NCBI GenBank assembly: GCA_963700145.1
Contig: OY969474.1
Location: 4,288,001-4,352,000, forward strand
Reading direction: 5' to 3'
Source: an uncultured Acidobacteriota bacterium
Lineage (GTDB): Bacteria > Acidobacteriota > Thermoanaerobaculia > Multivoradales > UBA5704
DNA length: 64,000 nt
Each line of letters begins with the position of its first letter. Positions within the stretch are counted from its first letter, which is position 1. The position numbers were made by a program, and so were the translations under genes. Below, piece after piece: positions 21,245 to 30,426 of the stretch. The notes under the pieces were generated by a model, which saw only the letters and a list, made by a program, of their open reading frames with translations, had not been told where the DNA came from and made no database searches.

Positions 21245-22294
21245 CTAGCAGCGCGCCGGATCGGCGAGAAGGGCGGCCGCCCGCTCGGCGACGCGGGCCG
21301 GCGGGACGTCCAGCAGACAGGCCTTGACCTCCTCGAAGCGGCGGTAGCAGAAGCTGCAGGGGAGCGGGTGCCAGAGGGCGCGCTCGACCGCGCCGTAGGG
21401 GCCGTGGCGCTCCGGGTGAGTGGGGCCCATGACCATGACGACCGGCGTGCCGAGGGCGTGCGCGAGATGGGTGGGGCCGGTGTCGGCGCCGAGGAAGAGG
21501 CGGGCGGCGCGGGTGAGGGCGACGAGCGCGGGGAGGTCGGGCGCCGGGACGGCGGCGGCGGCGCCGGCCGCGGCGGCCTCGACGGCGGCGGCCAGCGCCT
21601 CCTCGCCCGGGGCGACGGCGATGCGGGTGGGGAGGCCGGTCGCCTCGCGCAGCCGGCGCGCCGCCTCCCCCCAGCGCTCCGGCGGGTAGCGCTTGTTGGC
21701 CCAGGCGGCGCCGGGGTGGAGGAGGGCGAACGGCTCGCCGGCGAGGGCGGGCGGGGCGAGGGCGGCGGGGAGGAGGCGGTCGCCGCCGAAGTCCGCCGGC
21801 TCGGGCGGCAGGCCGAGGGCGTCGAGGAGGGCCAGGCCGCGGTCCACGGCGTGGACGCCGCGCGGCAGGACCGCCTCGTTGACCCAGACCGCGCTCGACG
21901 GCTCCCGGCGGGCCCGGCGGGCGAGGCCGATGCGGCGGCCGGCGCCGGAGAGGGCGGCGATCGCGCCGGCTTTGTGGTTCCCCATGAGGTCGAGCGCGAT
22001 GTCGGGTGCGAAGCGGCGGACGGCGGAGCGGAAGGCGCGTAGCTCGCGAAGGGTGGCGGCGGCGAACGGCCGCCGGCGCCAGTCGCGCAGGCGGACGACG
22101 AAGAGCTCGTCGATGTCCGGATGCCCGGCAAGGAGCGGCGCCATCGCCGCCTCGACCACCCATCCGATCCGCGCCTGCGGGAGATGCCGGCGGAGGGCGG
22201 TCAGGACGGGGAGGGCGTGGACGACGTCCCCCAGCGCGGAGGTGCGGACGATTAGGAGGCGCTGCGGGGGGGCGGCGGGCGGCGGGGCGGTCAT
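21245..22294 (-). CDS. GT9 LPS heptosyltransferase (WaaC-like)
   Basis: LLIVRTSALGDVVH, HPGAAWANKRYP, GADTGPTHLA; start ATG 22294. Confidence 0.9.
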   Translation of the reverse strand: MTAPPPAAPPQRLLIVRTSALGDVVHALPVLTALRRHLPQARIGWVVEAAMAPLLAGHPDIDELFVVRLRDWRRRPFAAATLRELRAFRSAVRRFAPDIALDLMGNHKAGAIAALSGAGRRIGLARRARREPSSAVWVNEAVLPRGVHAVDRGLALLDALGLPPEPADFGGDRLLPAALAPPALAGEPFALLHPGAAWANKRYPPERWGEAARRLREATGLPTRIAVAPGEEALAAAVEAAAAGAAAAVPAPDLPALVALTRAARLFLGADTGPTHLAHALGTPVVMVMGPTHPERHGPYGAVERALWHPLPCSFCYRRFEEVKACLLDVPPARVAERAAALLADPARC

Positions 22295-22379
22295 CCGGCG
22301 GGAGATTATCCCGCCCGCCGGCCACCGGGATCGATCCCCGGGCCGCTGCGGCGATCCGCCGCTTCGTAGGGGATATGAG

Positions 22380-22650
22380 CCCAAGGCTCGGGAATGTCAT
22401 CCCGACGGCCGGGAAAGTTATCCCGACGGCCGGGAAAGCTTTCCCGACGCTCGGGAAAATGATCCTGACGCTCGGGATAATTATCCGAGCACTCAGGAAA
22501 GCTTTCCGGACAGTCAGGAAAGTTATCCCGAAGCTCGGGAAAGTTATCCCGATGGTCGGGAAAGTTATCCCGACGCCCGGGAAAGCTTTCCCGACGCTCG
22601 GGAAGACTTCCTGGTGCTCGGGAAGACCTTCCCGGTGCTCGGGAGCATTC
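22380..22650. repeat. Tandem array of 13 degenerate 21-bp palindromic units
   Basis: Consensus CCCGACGCTCGGGAAAGTTAT; unit starts 22380, 22401 ... 22590, then 22610 (one 20-bp unit) and 22631; core TCCCGA-N3-TCGGGA is self-complementary. Confidence 0.9.
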
Positions 22651-22760
22651 CGGCCGCGGCGGAAAAACTGTGTCTTCCGCCGCCCCCGAAGTGTCTCCAC
22701 TGCCGCAGGTTAACCGCGCGCCACCGGCAATCCCATCGCAGGGGCGTTCGTTCCTGGCAG

Positions 22761-22824
22761 CTACTCAGGCAAGAGTTTCGGGACCGTCTGCGGGCAAGTC
22801 GGCCCGCTCGGCATGGTCCGTCAC
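22761..22824 (-). pseudogene. Internally deleted copy of the 93-aa gene at 29849..30130
   Basis: Start and end match the intact copy but 64 bp remain of 282 bp. Confidence 0.85.
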
Positions 22825-23120
22825 GCCGTTCCCTTCTTGCTCTTTGCTCGTTTCCTGCCGCGTTCGTTCTCGACCTCGTGCCAGAGCTCCTCGTGCCCGA
22901 GTCCCTCCCCGGCGCGGATCTGCGCGCGCGCTTTCTCCAGGATGGACCGCAGGCGAGCCGAGTTGGCGAGGATCAAGCGTTCGAGCTCCTCTTCGTCCCG
23001 GACGGCCAGCAACGCGGCGACCGGCTTGCCGTTCCGCGTCACGATGACCGGCCCCTCTTCGCTCTGCTTGAGATAGGCGCTGAACTGCGCCTTGACTTCA
23101 GCGACCGACGCGATCTTCAT
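22821..23120 (-). CDS. Phd/YefM antitoxin, copy 1
   Basis: MKIASVAEVKAQFSAYLKQSEEGPVIVTRNGKPVA. Confidence 0.9.
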   Translation of the reverse strand: MKIASVAEVKAQFSAYLKQSEEGPVIVTRNGKPVAALLAVRDEEELERLILANSARLRSILEKARAQIRAGEGLGHEELWHEVENERGRKRAKSKKGTA

Positions 23121-23439
23121 GAGTCCACTTCCTCTCCGCCGATCAACAAGCGCTCCCGCTCCTTGACGCCGATCGCCAGGATGTACACCGCACGGCTCTC
23201 CTGGTCGATCTCGTAGAACACGCGGAACCGGTTGTCGGGACCGAAGCGCAACTCCCATTGCGCCTCGAGCACCGCCGGCTGCCGCAGCGGCTCGCGGTTC
23301 CTCGTCTCGGCATCCGGCTCGAACCGCAGCTGCTCCTCAAGGGTCGCCCGGATCAACGGGTAGTGCCGCCGCTCGATGGCTCCAGGTGCCGCTTGACCTC
23401 CGGGGCGTAGATCAAGTCGTACGGACGGCGCCTCGGCAC
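23117..23439 (-). pseudogene. RelE/ParE toxin copy 1, frameshifted
   Basis: 323 bp vs 324 bp for copy 2; one base missing near 23381 (CAC CTG GA GCC vs CAC CTT GAA GCC). Confidence 0.85.
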
Positions 23440-23530
23440 GATGACCAGAATTATGACTATCTAGAATTGCTGCGTCAACACGCCGGGCTCGCGGTAAGCT
23501 TTCGACCTCTCAACGTCAGCACCGGACTCC

Positions 23531-24041
23531 GTGGAACCCGATTCGACTGCGACCTCCGTCCACGTTCTTCCCCGGCAGATGCCGGCAGGGCTCTGGCACC
23601 GGCTCATTCGGGCACTCGTCTCGAAGGAGAGCTGGTTCGGCTTGGTCTGGCGGGACCAGCTTGAAATGGTCGCAGCGTGCGAGGGGCGTTCGCGAGTTCC
23701 TTCAGCCGCTCGCGGTCGACAAACGTCGTGCCGACCGCTGGTCTGGCACGCAGCTGTCCGACTCCCAGGCTACGGTCGTCATTTATCGCACCTCGCCGAG
23801 GGTGCTCCCGTTGCTGCTGTCGACCGACAGTCCCTTCGATTGGCTCAGCCCCGACTTGCCAGAAGATCTGTTCTTCGGCTCGGGCGACTCCGAACTGGCA
23901 CTGGTCACGGTCACCCACGAACGCGATGCATGGCTGCTCAAGCGACGCTACGCCCAATTGCTCGGTAGCGAAGCCACTCTCCGCAAAGAGCGTCTCTCCT
24001 CTCGCGACCGACACCTGCTACTGGGCAAAGGGGAAGAGTGA
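23531..24041 (+). pseudogene. Frameshifted hypothetical cassette-type gene
   Basis: ...WFGLVWRDQL continues in another frame near 23660 as KWSQRARGVREFL...W.GTQL...FDWLSPDLPEDL. Confidence 0.6.
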
Positions 24042-24466
24042 TGAGTACCTCCAAGGCCGAAGCTCGAAAGCCTGTTGTCCTGGCCCCCGGACAAGGGCGT
24101 GCGTATCCGATGGGGCGCATCAGTGCCGTGTTCAAGGCTGATGGGCCTGAAACAGAATCGCGCTACTCTGTCTCGGAATGGTGGCTCGAGCCGCGCACCC
24201 AAGGTCCTGGCGCGCATTCCCATGCTGAAGACGATCTGTTCTACGTCATCGAGGGAACCATGAGTGTTCTGGTTGGCGAAGAATGGGTTGAGGCTGCCAA
24301 AGGTTCTTTTGTCCTTGTACCCGGAGGCGTCACACATGATTTCGAAAACCGGGGAAGCGTTCGTGCCGGCGTTCTGAATTTCTCGGTGCCTGGTCCGTTC
24401 GAGCCTGAAATGCCAGGCATTGCCGAGTGGTTCGCCAAGAACCCGCCGAAGGACACAGGCACCTGA
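24038..24466 (+). CDS. Cupin domain protein
   Basis: GPGAHSHAEDDLFYVIEG...VPGGVTHDFEN. Confidence 0.9.
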   Translation: MMSTSKAEARKPVVLAPGQGRAYPMGRISAVFKADGPETESRYSVSEWWLEPRTQGPGAHSHAEDDLFYVIEGTMSVLVGEEWVEAAKGSFVLVPGGVTHDFENRGSVRAGVLNFSVPGPFEPEMPGIAEWFAKNPPKDTGT

Positions 24467-24475
24467 CGTCGCAAA

Positions 24476-25021
24476 ATGCCCACATTCGTAGCCCTGCTGC
24501 GCGGCATCAATGTTGGCAAGGCCAAGCGTGTTCCCATGGCCGAGCTGCGCGCCATGCTCTCCGGCTTGGGCTACACGGGTGTGGCTACCTTGCTGAACAG
24601 CGGCAACGCCGTCTTCCACGCCCCAGGAGGCACGCCGGCGAAGCATGCGGCAGACATTGCCGCTGCAATCTCCACCCGACTCAAGGTTGAGGTGCCGGTC
24701 ATCGTCAAGTCGGCAAGCGAGCTGGCAGCCGTCATCTCCGAGAATCCAATCAAAGCAGGAGCGGAAGAGCATCCACGCCTTCTGGTTGCATTCGTTCAAG
24801 ACGCCAAAGCGCTGTCGAGTCTTGCGGCCATCGAGTCGCTGGTTGTACCTCCGGAACGGTTTTCGGTAGGCAGGAACGCCGCGTACCTCCTCTGCGCCAC
24901 GGGCATCCTGGAAAGCAAGGCTTGGGAAGCCCTCCTCGGCAAGGCGGGTAAGTCGGCCACCACGAGAAACTGGGCAACCGTCCTCAAGCTGCAGGCTCTG
25001 GTCAATGAAGCCGGCGCCTAA
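24476..25021 (+). CDS. DUF1697 domain protein
   Basis: VALLRGINVG...VPMAELR...LNSGN...TTRNWATV. Confidence 0.9.
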   Translation: MPTFVALLRGINVGKAKRVPMAELRAMLSGLGYTGVATLLNSGNAVFHAPGGTPAKHAADIAAAISTRLKVEVPVIVKSASELAAVISENPIKAGAEEHPRLLVAFVQDAKALSSLAAIESLVVPPERFSVGRNAAYLLCATGILESKAWEALLGKAGKSATTRNWATVLKLQALVNEAGA

Positions 25022-25031
25022 TCCGCGGCCG

Positions 25032-25584
25032 ATGAAATCGAAACGTGGACTGCTCGCAGCTTCCGTTCTTCTGCTGGCGTTCCCCATCGCCGCGCTGTAC
25101 CGACTCATCTTTGATCACGGGGTCGAGGTCGTGATTCACTTGGCGCTCGCCGCCGGTGCGCTACTGATCTGCGTCGCCGTGTTCGACTTCAGGACCGCGA
25201 TGGGTCGCGTGGATCGCCTCCTTCTCGACCGGCCTTCTCGGCACCATTTTTCTCCTCCAGGGCGCGAGTGAACTGCTCCACAACGCGTCGTTCAGTCATT
25301 TGGTCTATCAGGTATTGGGACAAGCCCTGGAGCGCTGGCTCGTTTACTTCTTCATGCTGTGGTGCATCGCGGTGTTGCTTGCGGATAGCCAGGGCAAAAC
25401 GCGGATCGGAGGCGGCGTCGCGCTCGGCCTGGTCGTGTGTCTCGAAGCATTAGCGGTCAGCCTCTCGCTCGCCGGATCCTCTCTCTACGCCATCGCGCCA
25501 TGGCTCGTCGTGCTGTATTTCCTGCCGCTCGTGTGGCTGCTGGTTGAAAGCAGGACGACGCGGTCAGTCGTGACCGCCGCCTGA
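25032..25584 (+). pseudogene. Frameshifted membrane protein
   Basis: Hydrophobic frame from ATG 25032 switches near 25200 to WVAWIASFSTGLLGTIFLLQG..., in frame with ORF 25300..25584. Confidence 0.7.
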
Positions 25585-25623
25585 CGGGTGCGCCGCTTGC
25601 GCTGAACTCAAGTACCGTTAGAC
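25579..25623 (+). mobile_element. Truncated attC-like site
   Basis: GCCTGAC (R''-like, holds the stop codon) ... GCTGAAC (L') ... GTTAGAC (GTTRRRY, R'); L'' arm missing. Confidence 0.6.
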
Positions 25624-25629
25624 GGAACC

Positions 25630-26649
25630 TTGACCATCATGCACGCAGCTGCAGCGCACCATCGCGCGTCCGCCCTACTGTTCATGGGCATTGTGGTCGC
25701 TGTGTATGCCACCGCGCTGGCCGTTGGCGGCCAGCTGCCCGGCTTGGAGCGGGCGAGCGCCGTCGCGGTCGGCCTGACGACGGACATGGTCGTCGTCGTT
25801 CCGCTGGCGTTCTACCTCTTGGTCGTACGCCGGCGGCGGCTACCGCTCGTCACGCTGGTCCCGGTTTTCGTTCTCAGCGTGCTGGCCGCGTCGCGAGTTC
25901 TTCCCGCTGGCCACCAGCAGCCCCTGCGCGTCCTCGAAGCTCTGGCTGTGCTCATGGAGCTCGGCCTCATCGGCTGGGTCGCGTGGCGCGCCACGAGAGC
26001 ACTGCGGAAGGCGCGTCGCGATGCAACAGCAGACCCGCTCGAGCAACTCCGGCACGCGGCGTTCGAGCTGACGAGGAACGACCGCGTCGCGGCGGTGCTT
26101 GCGTTGGATCTCGGTGTCTTCTACTACGGGTTGGGGTCGTGGCGGGCTCGGCCTCACGCGCCCTTGGGCTCGTCCGCCTTCACGCATCATCGCCGCAGCG
26201 GTCACGCTGCGATCGTCTTTGCCTTCCTGCTCATCATGGCGGCCGAAGGGTTCGCCGTGCACCTCCTGCTTCGCATGTGGAGCACGCTCGCCGCGTGGCT
26301 CTTCACGATCGGCACCGCTTACGGCGCGCTGTGGTTGATCGCCGACTACCGCGCGACGGTGCTGCGCCCGATCCTGGTCAGCGATGAGAGCATCTTGGTC
26401 CGGGCCGGATTCCGCTGCATTCTGCGGGTGCCGCGCGCGTGCATTGCCGAGGTCGGGCGCCAGAAGCCGGAGTTCGGGAAGGCGAGCCTCAATCTCACCT
26501 TCCTGGGCACACCTACGCGCTGGCTCACGCTTTCCGAGCCGATGCTGGCACTGGGGCCATACGGTCTCCATCGTCGCGTGCGCGCCATAGGCATCGGGCC
26601 TGACACGCCCGACGAGTTCGACAGAATTCTTACGCAAAGCTCGTCATGA
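25630..26649 (+). CDS. Hypothetical multi-pass membrane protein
   Basis: 339-aa ORF with about 7 hydrophobic segments, begins right after the R' box. Confidence 0.75.
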   Translation: MTIMHAAAAHHRASALLFMGIVVAVYATALAVGGQLPGLERASAVAVGLTTDMVVVVPLAFYLLVVRRRRLPLVTLVPVFVLSVLAASRVLPAGHQQPLRVLEALAVLMELGLIGWVAWRATRALRKARRDATADPLEQLRHAAFELTRNDRVAAVLALDLGVFYYGLGSWRARPHAPLGSSAFTHHRRSGHAAIVFAFLLIMAAEGFAVHLLLRMWSTLAAWLFTIGTAYGALWLIADYRATVLRPILVSDESILVRAGFRCILRVPRACIAEVGRQKPEFGKASLNLTFLGTPTRWLTLSEPMLALGPYGLHRRVRAIGIGPDTPDEFDRILTQSSS

Positions 26650-27334
26650 GAATCCTGGCGCTGGCTGCGCTTGCCCTCTGGCCATTCAGGGCTTCGGCGG
26701 AGCCTCCGGCCCTCATCGACCAGATATCCTGGGGATCAGCGATCTGGACGCTGGAATCGAGGAGTTCGAGCGGCGTACTGGCGTTCGCCCCGCCTATGGG
26801 GGCAAGCATCCGACGGGGACCCACAATGCGCTGGTGTCTCTCGGCGACGGCACCTACCTGGAGATCATCGCGGTGCAGCCGGGCGCCTCTGCCCCTCTCG
26901 GCTTCTCTGAGCTTGCCGCCTTCAAATCTCTGACGCCCATCGGCTGGGCTGTGTCCGCCAGCGACATAAGCCAGCTGCGTAGCCGGCTCGCCGCCGCTGG
27001 AGTAGAGCTCAGGGACGCCGGGCAGGGATCCCGCACAACTCCTTCCGGAGCGACGCTGCGCTGGCACACGCTAGGTCTCAAAGACGAGGTTCGCGAGGCT
27101 CCCTTTTTCATTGTGTGGTCGCCAGACAGTCCCCATCCGTCTTCCACCTCGCCACCGGGGTGTTCACTCGATCGATGGAGCATTGCTGGCCCCAATGATC
27201 GGTTGCTGGAGAGACTGCGCAGTGCGCTCCAACTCCCAGTCAACATCGCGACGACTCCGTCGCCCGCACTGCATCTCACGTTGACTTGCCCCAGCGGCTC
27301 GGCATCGTTCGCATCTCCGACTCAGCGGCCGTGA
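26646..27334 (+). pseudogene. VOC/glyoxalase-like protein with signal peptide, frameshifted
   Basis: ...LIDQI shifts near 26725 to LGISDLDAGIEEFERRTGVRPAYGGKHPTGTHNALVSLGDGTYLEIIA. Confidence 0.75.
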
Positions 27335-27340
27335 CCAGAC

Positions 27341-27414
27341 CCCTAACCCCTCGTTGCAGCCGACACCGCCGGGCGTTCGCCTGTGTGGTGCCGCTGAACT
27401 CATACGCCGTAGGC
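27341..27414 (+). mobile_element. Integron attC-like site, slightly degenerate
   Basis: CCCTAAC (R'') - GTTGCAGC (L'') ... GCTGAAC (L', leaves extrahelical base) - CGTAGGC (mutated R'); 6 bp after a stop codon. Confidence 0.75.
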
Positions 27415-27991
27415 GCCTCCAGGGAACTCACCGCTAACCGGTAGGGTCCAACACTGTCGTGTCCATCAGGCTCGGAACATTCCTCATCCTCGTCGCTACC
27501 GTGGCAGCAGCGAGCATGGCAATCGGCCCGGCGGTGGGGCCAATGAGAGGCGACACCGATCCGCCGTCTAAGCGCCGCCTCTCGCGTGCGCAAGCTGCTT
27601 AGGCGACCTCATCGATCCGGCTGGCTCCCACCGATCGCCGGGCCGAGGCGCCGTCCCCCCGAGATGTCCGCAACCCACCGCCGTCGAAGTGAACGCCGGG
27701 CGAAGCCTTAGCCCGGCCCACTACGAACCGCGAACATCGCGCTCGGGCGTCGCATTTGCGACCCAGCTCCTATCCTGCTAAAGTCCGTATAGCTTATAGA
27801 GAGTAAGGTATCTAGGATGATACACGCCGCCGGCGGCGCAGGAGCATATGCGGACAATGGAACGATCTCTGCGCCGTGCTCAAAAGTCGTCTAATCGGTG
27901 AAGCGGAGGTTGGCCGGCTACAGCTAGGACGAGATGCTACAACACAACTGCCTAAGCGATTATCAAAGGCGAGTACTACAAGGAGATTAAA

Positions 27992-28495
27992 ATGAAAAGG
28001 CGTCATTTACTCGCCACCGCGCTTTCGCGAGAAACGGCTACTCCTTGTAAGTGGGGAGTCCGGGACTTACTTGACCCAATTAGTAAATCAGGCATTGCAA
28101 TGGGAGTTCTCATCCTCATGGCGTGCTCCAAACCTCCCTCCGATCTTGAGGGGGACTGGGTCGGCCGGAGCAAGAATGCAGATCCTCGGCAAGTATATGG
28201 AATTGCGTGGCACATAAATACTCACGAAGGAAACAACATAGGGGGAGTCGTCTCCATAAACCACAATGGGACAATCGGAAACGGTCTTGTCTCGGGGAAC
28301 CTCTACTCGCCTGAGACGCTGAGCTTCAATATCCAGATACCCAAGAAGGGTTATCCGGTTCCGCTGGATCAATGCTCCACTAATTTCGAGGGCTCAGCCC
28401 ACGTAAGCGCCCAGGCGATTGAAGGAGGTTTCAAGGGGACCACTTGCGACGGGCAGCCCACAGGAGATATAGAGTTCTCTCTAAGCAGGAAATAA
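27992..28495 (+). CDS. Hypothetical beta-rich protein, possible lipoprotein (low-GC)
   Basis: AGGAG SD before ATG 27992; internal VLILMAC lipobox-like motif, so start may be later. Confidence 0.6.
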   Translation: MKRRHLLATALSRETATPCKWGVRDLLDPISKSGIAMGVLILMACSKPPSDLEGDWVGRSKNADPRQVYGIAWHINTHEGNNIGGVVSINHNGTIGNGLVSGNLYSPETLSFNIQIPKKGYPVPLDQCSTNFEGSAHVSAQAIEGGFKGTTCDGQPTGDIEFSLSRK

Positions 28496-28512
28496 TAGAA
28501 AGAGGGGAGTCC

Positions 28513-28980
28513 ATGTTAACAAAGGCATCGTTGGTTATTCTCAGTCTGAGCCTGTTGCTATCGTTCGCCTGCTCATCTGCGGGGGGTGTTTACAGAAGCG
28601 CCAATGAGATCAACAGTATCGCTTTTCAGGATCATCATGACAGCCGTATTCCTTCGTTGATGACTACCCTTCGCGAGAAACTCGCACGCGCGAAGGACGT
28701 AACCAGGTCGAAACGAGAAGGTGCGTTCTTCCAAGAAGCCGGAAGACTACTTGAAATCTATGAGGATGCTCTCTATATTCAAGGCCAAGCCACTCCAGAA
28801 GGATTTGTCCCGGTCACAGCCGAGACAAAGCAGATTCTGAGCAAATATGGTGTGTCGACCGAAAAGATAGAAGAGGGTGAGGCCTTTCCAATGGTGGCTT
28901 CAAGCCGGATCTGGGGCAGTGCTTTTACTCAATGGGGGAAACTGAGAGATGACTACAAACGTTTGCGATGGCCCAGATAG
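28513..28980 (+). CDS. Hypothetical lipoprotein (low-GC)
   Basis: GGGGAG SD, MLTKASLVILSLSLLLSFAC lipoprotein-type signal. Confidence 0.65.
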   Translation: MLTKASLVILSLSLLLSFACSSAGGVYRSANEINSIAFQDHHDSRIPSLMTTLREKLARAKDVTRSKREGAFFQEAGRLLEIYEDALYIQGQATPEGFVPVTAETKQILSKYGVSTEKIEEGEAFPMVASSRIWGSAFTQWGKLRDDYKRLRWPR

Positions 28981-29112
28981 CCATATGAGCGCGCCGGCGC
29001 GCAGGTTCTGATTCCTTCACAGAATAGTTCTTGGGCGACCGACAGGACGCCTCTGAGCCGGACCTACCTCCCCGCCTCCTCGCTCCGCTCGGCCGGCGCG
29101 CGATATTCGGCC

Positions 29113-29580
29113 ATGATCGCGATGGAGCCAATCGGCACCGTCCGCAGCCCCTTCACCGAAACGGCGCAGATCCCCAAGGGGCCGGGGGCCGAGCACCATG
29201 CCGAGGGTGTACTCGAGCTGCTGCCGGAGTACGAGGCCGGCCTCGGCGACGTCGAGGGCTTCTCGCACCTCTTTGTCCTCTGGGTCTTCCACCGCGCCGG
29301 ACCGCCGGAGCTGCTCGCCCGGCCGCCGGGCGCCGAGCGCCCATACGGCGTCTTCGCCACGCGCTCGCCGCAACGGCCGAACCCGATCGGCCTGACGGTG
29401 GTCAGGCTGCTGCGGCGCGAGGGGCCGCGACTCTACGTCCGCGGTGTGGACATGCTCGACGGGACGCCGATCCTCGACCTCAAGCCTTATCTCTCGAGCG
29501 TTCCCGCCGAGGAGCTCCGCCGTGGCTGGCTCGATGGCGAAGGCCCGGGCAAGGAAGACCCTGATGTCGCCACCTCGTAA
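29113..29580 (+). CDS. tsaA: tRNA m6t6A37 methyltransferase TrmO/TsaA
   Basis: PIGTVRSPF, FSHL.VLWVFH, GVFATRSP.RPNPIGLT, DMLDGTPILDLKPY. Confidence 0.92.
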   Translation: MIAMEPIGTVRSPFTETAQIPKGPGAEHHAEGVLELLPEYEAGLGDVEGFSHLFVLWVFHRAGPPELLARPPGAERPYGVFATRSPQRPNPIGLTVVRLLRREGPRLYVRGVDMLDGTPILDLKPYLSSVPAEELRRGWLDGEGPGKEDPDVATS

Positions 29581-29767
29581 CCTAGTGATCGACGACGACC
29601 TGCTGGCGCAGGCCCTGAGGGTGGGCGGCTTCAGGACGAAAGGCGAGACGGTCAACCAGGCGTTGAGGGAGTTCATCGCCCGCAGGCATCGGCTCGGGCT
29701 GGTCGACCTGTTCGGGAAGGTCGACTACTCGAGCAACGACTACAAGGAAGAACGCCGCACCCGTTGA
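29564..29767 (+). CDS. VapB-family orphan antitoxin
   Basis: NLVIDDDLLAQALRVGGFRTKGETVNQALREFI...LFGKVDY...YKEER. Confidence 0.85.
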   Translation: MSPPRNLVIDDDLLAQALRVGGFRTKGETVNQALREFIARRHRLGLVDLFGKVDYSSNDYKEERRTR

Positions 29768-29785
29768 TCCTTTGACACGTCGGTC
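29764..29785 (+). pseudogene. N-terminal stump of VapC toxin
   Basis: TTG ATC CTT t GAC ACG TCG GTC = MIL(v)DTSV overlapping vapB stop, then breaks off. Confidence 0.5.
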
Positions 29786-29848
29786 CGAGCTTTCGGAGTT
29801 GCAACCGCCTCTAAGCGAGCACCCGCTGCCGACACTCGTTCCTGGCGG

Positions 29849-30130
29849 CTACTCAGGCAAGAGGCTCGGGACCGGCCGCGGGCAGGTCGGCCCGGTTGCC
29901 AGTTCCTGCTGCGTGTAGCGGCTCGATTTCGTCAGGCGGATGGGATAGACGGTCGAGCCGAGGCCGAACTCCACCGTGTAGTCGCCTGGCCGCAGACTGG
30001 TCGCGAGCGTGCCGATCTCCTTTTGGACCAAGTGACCGTGGTCGTCGCCGAACCAGATATCGGTGGTCGGAGAAGCCGCCACGATGGTGAGGTCGTAGTA
30101 CACCGCCTGGGCCTCGGCGTGGTCCGTCAC
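29849..30130 (-). CDS. Hypothetical 93-aa protein, third gene of TA operon
   Basis: GTGA-coupled to phd; homologous remnant in copy 1. Confidence 0.7.
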   Translation of the reverse strand: MTDHAEAQAVYYDLTIVAASPTTDIWFGDDHGHLVQKEIGTLATSLRPGDYTVEFGLGSTVYPIRLTKSSRYTQQELATGPTCPRPVPSLLPE

Positions 30131-30426
30131 GCCGTTCCTTTTTTGCTCTTTGCCCGTTTCCTGCCGCGTTCGTTCTCCACCTCGTGCCAGAACTGATCGT
30201 GGCCGAGCCCCTCGCCCGCGCGAATCTGCGCGCGCGCTTTCTCCAAGATGGACCGCAAGCGAACCGAGTTGGCCAGGATCAAGCGCTCCAGCTCCTCCTC
30301 GTCCCGCACGGCCAGCAACGCGGCGACCGGCCTGCCGTTCCGCGTCACGATGACCGGCCCCTCTTCGCTCTGCTTGAGATAGGCGCTGAACTGCGCCTTG
30401 ACTTCAGCGACCGACGCGATCTTCAT
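30127..30426 (-). CDS. Phd/YefM antitoxin, copy 2
   Basis: MKIASVAEVKAQFSAYLKQSEEGPVIVTRNGRPVA. Confidence 0.9.
   Translation of the reverse strand: MKIASVAEVKAQFSAYLKQSEEGPVIVTRNGRPVAALLAVRDEEELERLILANSVRLRSILEKARAQIRAGEGLGHDQFWHEVENERGRKRAKSKKGTA

Larger units (their letters stand above)
22748..23462. repeat. Direct repeat copy 1 (degraded) of relE-phd-orf operon
   Basis: Aligns with 29836..30769 including upstream ATGACCAGAATTATGACTATCT. Confidence 0.9.

Noticed and set aside
22380-22650. CRISPR array
   Set aside because: Units are contiguous with no unique spacers, and no cas genes are in the window.
27566-27604. Third attC (GTCTAAGC...GCTTAGGC hairpin)
   Set aside because: Too short, lacks AAC/GTT triplets and L boxes; possibly a relic but not supportable.
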